From contig JBBQGX010000002.1 of assembly GCA_038323465.1 (NCBI GenBank), positions 132-64,131 of the forward strand: DNA of 64,000 nt. Reading direction: 5' to 3'. Under the pieces are notes generated by a model. It had not been told where the DNA came from, ran no database searches, and was given only the letters and a program-made list of their open reading frames with translations. This document shows, piece by piece, positions 26,758-33,784 of this stretch. The position numbers and the translations under genes were made by a program. Every line of letters begins with the position of its first letter. Positions within the stretch are counted from its first letter, which is position 1. Source of the DNA: Minisyncoccia bacterium (GTDB lineage Bacteria > Patescibacteriota > Minisyncoccia > Phycocordibacterales > UBA9973).

Positions 26758-27966
26758 ATGCCTGAAAAAAAATTAAAATATAGTGAATTATTTATTCTTT
26801 CTCTTAGAACTTTTAGGACTAAACCCCAAAGAGCGATTTTAACAATAGCTGGTATGTCTATTGGGATTGCGACAGTTCTCCTCCTGGTCTCTTTGGGTTA
26901 TGGATTACAATATATTTTAATTGGTAAATTGATGACGACGGAAGATTCACTCATAACAATGGAAGTCTCATATCCATCAGAAAGTAATTTAACTATTAAA
27001 CCAGAATCTCTTTTTGATTTAAAAAATTCGGAAGATGTTGCGGAAGTTTCGCCTGTGGCAGAATTCCCTGGTGAAATTAGTACAAATGGAACTTCAAGTC
27101 TTTTGATTGATACTCGTATTGTTGAACCATCATATTTTCGTTTGGCTGGAATATTACCAAATGTTGGTGTTGCTCTCGGAGAGGGTAAGGGAACGATTGT
27201 CTCGAGTCAGACTCTAATTGCCCTCAATACTCCCATTGATCAGATATCACTGGGAAAACTATTTAATATTAAAGTTTTATATCAAGATGAAGGCGCAAGT
27301 TTAATTGAAAATGATATTTCATCAGAGGCTACTCCACTTGTTGGAATTATCACTGATGATGCAATGGCCCCCACGGCAATTATTAATGCTAACGCACTTT
27401 CAAAGGAGCCTCCTTATTATCGAAAAGTTTTAATCAAAGCAAAAAATGTTGATGTTCTCGAGAATCTTCGTGACAGATTGCTCGGTGAAGGATTTCTTGT
27501 TTCAGCTAAAATTGACTTAGTAACTCAAGCTCGTAAAATAACAAATATTATTACAATAATTTTGGGAGTCTTTGGTATCACAGCACTTATAGTTTCAGCT
27601 ATTGGTATGTTTAACACTATGCTTGTTGGATTCCTTGAACGTATATATGAAGTTGGTATCTTGAAATCACTCGGTGCGACAGATCATGATGTCCGAAATC
27701 TTTTCCTAGTGGAAGCTTCCATCATGGGGCTTCTCGGTGGGGCAGGTGGGGTGATTATAGGTTTCTCTATCGGTAAGTTATTTAACTTCTTACTTTCGGT
27801 TGTAGCTCTACGCTATGGGGGAAAATCATTTGCACTGTTTTCTACTCCTTTATGGTTTGTTTTGGTTATTATGGCTTTATCTCTATTTATTGGTTTTATT
27901 TCTGGTTGGTGGCCAGCACATCGCGCCGCGGGACTTTCTCCAAAAGAAGCTTTTACAAAAAGATAA
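26758..27966 (+). CDS. ABC transporter permease, FtsX/MacB-like
   Basis: N-terminal TM helix, a large extracytoplasmic domain, then a C-terminal three-helix bundle with GILKSLGAT (FtsX-type). Confidence 0.8.
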   Translation: MPEKKLKYSELFILSLRTFRTKPQRAILTIAGMSIGIATVLLLVSLGYGLQYILIGKLMTTEDSLITMEVSYPSESNLTIKPESLFDLKNSEDVAEVSPVAEFPGEISTNGTSSLLIDTRIVEPSYFRLAGILPNVGVALGEGKGTIVSSQTLIALNTPIDQISLGKLFNIKVLYQDEGASLIENDISSEATPLVGIITDDAMAPTAIINANALSKEPPYYRKVLIKAKNVDVLENLRDRLLGEGFLVSAKIDLVTQARKITNIITIILGVFGITALIVSAIGMFNTMLVGFLERIYEVGILKSLGATDHDVRNLFLVEASIMGLLGGAGGVIIGFSIGKLFNFLLSVVALRYGGKSFALFSTPLWFVLVIMALSLFIGFISGWWPAHRAAGLSPKEAFTKR

Positions 27967-27985
27967 AAAACTTAAAAATTAATTT

Positions 27986-28031
27986 AAACCTACATACATT
28001 TCTTATGATCGTGAAAAGTGTATATAGGTTT
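27986..28031 (+). terminator. Hairpin after the permease gene
   Basis: aaacctacataca (27986-27998) pairs with tgtatataggttt (28019-28031), 13 bp with one mismatch. Followed by a T-rich stretch. Confidence 0.45.
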
Positions 28032-28037
28032 GTTTGC

Positions 28038-28067
28038 TTGCGTTTATTGTTTTATTAGTTATATAAT
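28038..28067 (+). promoter_or_regulatory. Candidate promoter TTGCGT-18-TATAAT, 6 nt before ATG 28074
   Basis: Hexamers at 28038-28043 and 28062-28067. Implies a leaderless or near-leaderless transcript. Confidence 0.4.
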
Positions 28068-29792
28068 TTGAAAATGAAGCTAGAAACTAAGAAATGCCAG
28101 AATTGTAATCATGATTTCACGATTGAACCAGAGGATTTTCTTTATTATGAGAAGATTAAAGTTCCAGCTCCGACTTTTTGTCCGGAGTGTCGAATGATAA
28201 GACGTATGATATGGCGTAATTGCAGGTCACTTTTCAAGAGAGCCTGTGATAGTTGTAAAAAGTCAGTTATCTCTATGTATAGCGAAGAGAGAACTAAAAA
28301 AGTCCACTGTATGGACTGTTGGAATTCTGATGACAGAGACCCTTTTATTTATGCTCGCCCATATGATTTCACTAGAAACTTCTTTGTTCAGTTAAAAGAA
28401 TTGCATGGAGAATGTCCGATTCTCTATGTTCATCATACGGGAACTCTAATACGATCAGAGTTTACAAATTATAGTCTTGATAATAAAGATTGTTATTTGT
28501 CTTACTCTGTTTTAGGATGTGAAGATGTTTTGTATTCTGAAATAATAGATAAATCTAAAAATAGTATGGACTGCTATGCAGTACAAAAAGTTGAGAACTG
28601 CTCGTACAATATTGATTGCGATACAAATTACAATAGTCATTTTGCTGTAAAATCACAAAAATGCATAGATTCATTTTTCGTTTATGATTGTAGTAATTGT
28701 CAGAATTGTTGCTTGTCGTACAATTTGCGCAACAAACAGTATGTATTTAAAAATAAAAAATTAACAAAAGAAGAATATGAAAAAGAAGTTTTAAAATTAT
28801 CACTCGATACATATTCTGGTTTTAAGGAAGCCCAGAAAGATTTTGATGACATTTTAAAAAATAAAGCGATTCATAGATTTGCTCAGGTTTATGGTTCACA
28901 AAATGCAATGGGGGATTATATTGGTAATTCAAAAGATGTATACAATTCTTTTGATGTTCAAAATTCTGAAAATATTCGATATACAGTGAGATCCATTGCT
29001 AATTCTAAAGACTGCTATGATAATCAAGGAATCGCTTCTGGTGAATTGATATATGAATCAATTGCAACAAGTTTTGGAACCTATAAAGATTATTTTACTT
29101 ATATATGTGTAGGGTCAAAAGAATGCGAGTATTCTTTTATGTGTAAAAATTGTTCGCATTGTTTTGGTTGTTCAGGATTAAAGAATTCGCAATACTGTAT
29201 TTTCAATAAACAATACGATAAAGACGAATATTTCAAAATGGTAGAGAAAATAAAAATACAAATGAGTGCAATACCTTATATTGATATCAAGGGAAGGGTT
29301 TATAAGTACGGCGAACTATTTCCTTATGAAATGTCTCCTTTTGGATACAATGAGACAAATGCGCATGATAATTTTCCTCTAACAAAAGAGCAAGCCTTTT
29401 TAAAGGGCTATCCATGGAAAGAAAAAGAAGAAAAAAATTACAATATAACGATAGAATCTAGAGATTTACCAGATGATATTAAAGAAGTTACTGACATTAT
29501 CCTTGATGAAGTCATCGCTTGTCCAAATAATGGAGACCAGAGGTATCAATGCACCACCGCTTATCGTATTATTGCTGAAGAATTGCAGTTTTATAGACAA
29601 AAAGGCTTACCCTTACCTAGATATTGTCCTAATTGCAGGCATTATCAGAGGTTAGAATATAGAAATCCTGTTAAATTGTATACTCGTTCATGCATGAAAA
29701 GTGGTTGTGCTAATACTTTCTCCACAACTTATGCCCCGGTACGTTCCGAGAAAGTGTTTTGTGAGAATTGCTATCAAAAAGAGGTACTTTAG
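28068..29792 (+). CDS. Cys-rich multi-zinc-ribbon protein, paralog 1 of 3 (uncharacterised family)
   Basis: The track start is TTG at 28068; the ATG at 28074 is more likely. Shares with 36321-38108 and 38137-39846 the N-terminal CxNCxxxFxIEPEDFxFYEK...PxPTxCPxCRxxRR, two internal Cys-rich modules ending N-K-x-Y-x-K-E-E-Y, and the C-terminal CxxC...CPxCR...YCExCYQxE. Confidence 0.8.
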   Translation: MKMKLETKKCQNCNHDFTIEPEDFLYYEKIKVPAPTFCPECRMIRRMIWRNCRSLFKRACDSCKKSVISMYSEERTKKVHCMDCWNSDDRDPFIYARPYDFTRNFFVQLKELHGECPILYVHHTGTLIRSEFTNYSLDNKDCYLSYSVLGCEDVLYSEIIDKSKNSMDCYAVQKVENCSYNIDCDTNYNSHFAVKSQKCIDSFFVYDCSNCQNCCLSYNLRNKQYVFKNKKLTKEEYEKEVLKLSLDTYSGFKEAQKDFDDILKNKAIHRFAQVYGSQNAMGDYIGNSKDVYNSFDVQNSENIRYTVRSIANSKDCYDNQGIASGELIYESIATSFGTYKDYFTYICVGSKECEYSFMCKNCSHCFGCSGLKNSQYCIFNKQYDKDEYFKMVEKIKIQMSAIPYIDIKGRVYKYGELFPYEMSPFGYNETNAHDNFPLTKEQAFLKGYPWKEKEEKNYNITIESRDLPDDIKEVTDIILDEVIACPNNGDQRYQCTTAYRIIAEELQFYRQKGLPLPRYCPNCRHYQRLEYRNPVKLYTRSCMKSGCANTFSTTYAPVRSEKVFCENCYQKEVL

Positions 29793-29826
29793 TTAAAAAG
29801 AAAGTAAAAAATAGGAAGTAAAAGTA

Positions 29827-29864
29827 AAAAATTTGTGGAAAATTTAAATTTTTCACAAATTTTT
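29827..29864. terminator. Spacer-less AT-only palindrome (19-bp arms, one G-T pair)
   Basis: aaaaatttgtggaaaattt / aaatttttcacaaattttt. Located 35 nt after the stop of paralog 1. Confidence 0.4.
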
Positions 29865-30118
29865 AATTAAATTTTTCTTACCCCAAAATATCCTTTATCT
29901 GTAGCTTTTTTGAGGGGAATTTTTAAAAAAGGTTGACGAATTCCTGACATATTTACATAGTGTTAATTTCAGTTGAAAATAGGCAAAATTACCTTCTTTT
30001 ATTATAAAAGTGGATGTATAATGTAAACCCAAAAACAAAAAATAATTTTTGGACATTATTAACCCTCGATTAGCATCGGGACTCCGATAGCATCATCGGA
30101 TATAAATTTAAAAAAAAT

Positions 30119-32461
30119 ATGCCTTCAAAAAAGAAAGTTGTTTCAAAAAAAGAAGAAGGGAAGGTCGCAAGTTTAAAGAAAGAAATTGTTTCTGAAAAAA
30201 AATTAATCAAGGATAGTTTTATTAAAGGCGTTATAAAAAGAAACGGAGTGACTGTTCCTTTTGATATCGACAAAGTTACGAATGCTATTAATAAAGCCAT
30301 GCTTGCAAGCGGTGAAGGTTCGATGAAAGATGCAGAGCGTGTGGCGGAGAGAGTACAAACAGAAATAGTCAAAATAGCCAAGAAATATAAGAACTTTATA
30401 CCAACAGTTGAAGGTGTTCAGGATACAGTTGAGCAAGAATTGATGCTTTCGGATTTTGTTCGAACTTCTAAAAATTATATTCTCTATCGTGAGGAGCGGG
30501 CTCGTCTACGTTCTCACTCTGTCGTTGTGCCTGAGCATTTAAAAAAATTAACAGAAGAAAGTAAAAAATATTTTCGAAACCCACTTTCTGAATTCGTTTA
30601 TTATCGTAGTTATGCAAAATGGATTAAAGAGGAAGGTCGTCGAGAAACTTGGATTGAGACGATTGATCGTTATGTAGAGTTCATGAAAAAGAATCTCGGC
30701 AGTATGATGAAAGATAGTGAATACGAAGAAGTGCGTGAGGCAATATTAAAACAAGAATCGATGCCTTCAATGAGACTACTCCAATTTGCGGGTGCTGCTG
30801 CCGAGAAGACAAATGTCTGTGCTTATAATTGTTCCTTTGTGGCTCCATCTAAATTTCAAGACTTTGGTGAAATTATTTATATCTCAATGTGTGGCACCGG
30901 TGTCGGATTCTCGGTTGAAAGTAAAAATATTCAATCTCTTCCTCAAATTAAAAATCAAACAGGTAAAAAATTTCCAACTTATGTAATACCTGATACTAAA
31001 GAAGGTTGGGCTGATGCTTTTGTCTATGGTATGAAGACTTGGTTTGATGGAAATGACGTCGAATTTGATTTCTCACTTCTTCGTCCAGCAGGAGCACGCC
31101 TTGAAACAATGGGAGGAAAGAGTTCTGGTCCAAAACCATTGGTAGATTTACTTGGTTTTACTCGAGAACGTATAATTCGCCGGCAAGGACGACATCTTCG
31201 TAATATTGATGCTCATGATATCATTTGTAAGATAGGGGAATGTGTTGTCTCTGGAGGAGTTCGCCGTAGTGCCCTTATCTCGCTTTCTGATCTCGATGAT
31301 CAGGAGATGCGTGATGCCAAGAATGGTCAATTTTGGCTCAATGAAGGGCAGAGAATGTTAGCTAACAACTCTGCAGTTTATAATACAAAACCCACCGAAA
31401 CTGAATTTCTAAAAGAGTGGATTGCTTTGATGGAATCAGGTAGTGGTGAGAGAGGAATATTTAATCGTGGTTCACTTTACAAATCACTCCCTAAGAGAAG
31501 ACTTGAAAAATCAGCTGACTACATCGGAGAGATGGGGACTAACCCATGCGGTGAAATTATTCTAAGATCAAAACAATTTTGTAATCTATCAGAAGTTGTA
31601 GCACGCGATGATGATACGGAAGAATCATTGATGAGGAAAATTCGCGTCGCTACTATTATTGGAACTTATCAATCAACTTTGACTAAGTTTGGATATTTAT
31701 CAAAAGAGTGGAAGGATAATTGTGATGAAGAAAGACTTTTGGGTGTCTCAGTGACAGGTCAGTGGGATTCAAAAATCTCACGTGACCCCGTAATGCTTTC
31801 AAAACTTCGACTTGAAACTATTCGTGTCAATAAAATATATGCCAAGCGATTTGGAATTGGTGAATCTACTTGTATTACCGCCGTTAAACCATCCGGCACT
31901 GTATCTCAAACTGTAGACTGTGCTTCTGGTATGCATCCACGGCATGCTCCTTACTATATAAGACGTATTCGTATTTCGGCTACTGACTCACTTTTCAAAA
32001 TGATGAAAGACCAAGGAGTACCATATCACCCAGAAGTAGGACAGACTTTGGATAATGCTAATACTTTCGTTTTGGAGTTCCCAATGAAAGCACCTGATGA
32101 TGCAATCTGTAAAGATGATATCACAGCACTCGATCAGCTAGAACATTGGAAAGTTGTCAAAGTAAATTATACTGAACATAATCCTTCCGTAACTATTTCT
32201 GTCGGCGAGAACGAATGGATCAAAGTCGCTCATTGGTTGTATCAAAATTGGGATATTGTGGGAGGATTATCATTTCTACCAAGAACCAACCATGTTTATC
32301 AACTCGCTCCGTATGAAGCAATAGATGAAAAAACATACAAAGAGCTTACAAGTAAAATGCCAGATTTTGATTTCTCTAAAATTGTAACTTATGAATTAAG
32401 GGATGAAACAGAAGTAAAGAGGGAACTTGCTTGCGTTGCTGGTGTTTGTGATATAGTATAG
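30119..32461 (+). CDS. nrdJ: Adenosylcobalamin-dependent ribonucleotide reductase (class II, RTPR-like) with N-terminal ATP-cone
   Basis: ATP-cone (VIKRNGVTVPFDIDKVTNAINKA...). Active-site GTNPCGEIILRSKQFCNLSEV. C-terminal redox pair CVAGVC. 780 aa. Confidence 0.8.
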   Translation: MPSKKKVVSKKEEGKVASLKKEIVSEKKLIKDSFIKGVIKRNGVTVPFDIDKVTNAINKAMLASGEGSMKDAERVAERVQTEIVKIAKKYKNFIPTVEGVQDTVEQELMLSDFVRTSKNYILYREERARLRSHSVVVPEHLKKLTEESKKYFRNPLSEFVYYRSYAKWIKEEGRRETWIETIDRYVEFMKKNLGSMMKDSEYEEVREAILKQESMPSMRLLQFAGAAAEKTNVCAYNCSFVAPSKFQDFGEIIYISMCGTGVGFSVESKNIQSLPQIKNQTGKKFPTYVIPDTKEGWADAFVYGMKTWFDGNDVEFDFSLLRPAGARLETMGGKSSGPKPLVDLLGFTRERIIRRQGRHLRNIDAHDIICKIGECVVSGGVRRSALISLSDLDDQEMRDAKNGQFWLNEGQRMLANNSAVYNTKPTETEFLKEWIALMESGSGERGIFNRGSLYKSLPKRRLEKSADYIGEMGTNPCGEIILRSKQFCNLSEVVARDDDTEESLMRKIRVATIIGTYQSTLTKFGYLSKEWKDNCDEERLLGVSVTGQWDSKISRDPVMLSKLRLETIRVNKIYAKRFGIGESTCITAVKPSGTVSQTVDCASGMHPRHAPYYIRRIRISATDSLFKMMKDQGVPYHPEVGQTLDNANTFVLEFPMKAPDDAICKDDITALDQLEHWKVVKVNYTEHNPSVTISVGENEWIKVAHWLYQNWDIVGGLSFLPRTNHVYQLAPYEAIDEKTYKELTSKMPDFDFSKIVTYELRDETEVKRELACVAGVCDIV

Positions 32462-32473
32462 TTTTTGGTTACG

Positions 32474-32542
32474 CAGAAACATGAAATTTTTCCCGCTTTA
32501 CCCCAAAGGGGCCCTACACGGATAAAAATTTTCATGTTTCTG
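32474..32542 (+). other. Palindrome with conserved 33-nt GC-rich central core (copy 1)
   Basis: Arms cagaaacatgaaattttt and aaaattttcatgtttctg. Core cccgctttaccccaaaggggccctacacggata at 32492-32524 is 32/33 identical to 53208-53240. Confidence 0.85.
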
Positions 32543-32558
32543 TTTCACCATTTTATTT

Positions 32559-33077
32559 ATGAAAAAACAAATTAAATATATAATAGTCTTTTTATCTGTC
32601 TTTGCGATTAGACTTGTGCCATTTCGTGCTCCAAATGTGGAGCCAATAATGACAGTGGTTATGCCTTTTGGAAAAGTTTACGGAGGGTTATATTCCTTTG
32701 CCTTTGGTTTCTTCAGTATTGTGTTTTTTGATTCTATTACGTCAGGATTTGGTGTCTGGACTCTTGTGACAGCTCTTTCTTATGGTGCGCTAGGATTAGG
32801 AGCTAACTATTATTTCAAAAATAGATCAGGACGTGTAAATTATGCTATATATGCAGTTGTCGCTACTATATTTTATGATGCTATTACAGGACTTACTATT
32901 GGACCACTTTTCTTTCATCAATCATTTATGGTTTCTTTGATTGGACAGATTCCTTTTACTGCTCTTCACTTGCTAGGTAATGTATCTTTTGCTATAGTAC
33001 TCTCACCAGTGATAGAAAAGTGGTTAGTTAAAGAAGAAAAGTTAGTTACTGTGGGTAAAGTTGTGCTGGTAAGTTAG
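32559..33077 (+). CDS. Small (172 aa) 5-6 helix membrane protein, possibly a vitamin-uptake (ECF S-component-like) protein
   Basis: Entirely hydrophobic, with the N-terminal motif RLVPFRAPNVEPIM. The function is suggested only by position between the B12-dependent RNR and the cobalamin riboswitch operon. Confidence 0.35.
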   Translation: MKKQIKYIIVFLSVFAIRLVPFRAPNVEPIMTVVMPFGKVYGGLYSFAFGFFSIVFFDSITSGFGVWTLVTALSYGALGLGANYYFKNRSGRVNYAIYAVVATIFYDAITGLTIGPLFFHQSFMVSLIGQIPFTALHLLGNVSFAIVLSPVIEKWLVKEEKLVTVGKVVLVS

Positions 33078-33098
33078 TTGTATTTTAAAATTTAAATT

Positions 33099-33184
33099 AA
33101 TGTATTTGGAAGTGAGGTTAAATTCCTCCACTGTGCCGCAACGGTAATACCCCGAAAAGGGGATAAGTCCGGTCTTAATACATT
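33099..33184 (+). promoter_or_regulatory. Cobalamin riboswitch aptamer (short form lacking the long peripheral extension)
   Basis: P1 aatgtatt/aatacatt. Core TGGAAGTGAGGTTAAATTCCTCCACTGTGCCGCAACGGTAA matches the conserved GGGAA..GGTG.AA.TCC..C.G..CCGC.AC.GTAA block. Followed by AAGTCCGG (compare AAGCCAGGA). The downstream genes are DUF4430-type B12 binders. Confidence 0.7.
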
Positions 33185-33227
33185 GATGTTTCCCGAGCAG
33201 GAGAATATCTCTAAAATATTTAGACAT

Positions 33228-33262
33228 AAAACCCCTTCAACTCGGAAGGGTTTTTATTATTT
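33228..33262 (+). terminator. Riboswitch expression-platform terminator
   Basis: cccttc-aactcg-gaaggg followed by tttttattatttt. Ends 15 nt before the ATG at 33277. Confidence 0.55.
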
Positions 33263-33276
33263 TAAATTAAATAATT

Positions 33277-33780
33277 ATGATAAAGAAAAATAAAAAGATA
33301 TTAATAGGAATAGGATTAATTTTAATAATTATTTCTGGATTTCTATTTTTGAATAGAGAAAAACAAATACCCACAACTACTCTATTAGAGAAAAGTTATA
33401 GTCAAGAAAAAATAGACAAAGGAATACAAATCCCCAGTCAGAAGATAAAAAAAATAGAAACGCTGTCCCAACTAGAAAATGTTAAAAGAATTAAAGTATC
33501 GTTAATTTTAAAAGATAAAACATATAATACTGAAATTAAAGAAGGTAGTTCTGTTTTTGAAACCATGTTAAATATTGAAAAAGAAAGTACAAAAGAAAAT
33601 CAATTTAGTTTTAAATATATAGAAAATTTAGGAATGGGGAGTTTTGTAAATGAAATAAATGGGGTGGTCGGTTCTCCAGGGGCCTATTGGATATATTATG
33701 TGAATGGTAAAGAAGCAGGAATAGGAGTGTCGAAATATATATTAAAAGAGGGGGATATTATTAATTGGAAACAAGAATAA
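33277..33780 (+). CDS. Membrane-anchored DUF4430 (transcobalamin beta-domain-like) protein
   Basis: N-terminal TM helix. C-terminal GSFVNEINGVVGSPGAYWIYYVNGKEAGIGVSKYILKEGDIINW fits the DUF4430 pattern. Confidence 0.7.
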   Translation: MIKKNKKILIGIGLILIIISGFLFLNREKQIPTTTLLEKSYSQEKIDKGIQIPSQKIKKIETLSQLENVKRIKVSLILKDKTYNTEIKEGSSVFETMLNIEKESTKENQFSFKYIENLGMGSFVNEINGVVGSPGAYWIYYVNGKEAGIGVSKYILKEGDIINWKQE

Positions 33781-33784
33781 AAAA

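Noticed and set aside
27852-28058. 68-aa + strand ORF overlapping the permease 3' end and the downstream spacer
   Set aside because: It is out of frame with the well-supported FtsX-like permease and runs through the terminator hairpin and promoter region.
29947-29963. NrdR box upstream of the RNR gene (acatatttacatagtgt)
   Set aside because: Only the outer aca/tgt triplets are symmetric. There is no second box at the usual spacing and no nrdR gene in the window.
32492-32524. The conserved core as a DNA uptake sequence, given the nearby ComEC and pilus genes
   Set aside because: There are only two copies in 64 kb. Both are single-orientation and confined to palindrome centres. Known uptake sequences are short and occur roughly once per kb.
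33042-33227. 61-aa minus-strand ORF in the 32559/33277 spacer
   Set aside because: It covers the cobalamin riboswitch aptamer. The conserved riboswitch core and P1 pairing explain the region better.
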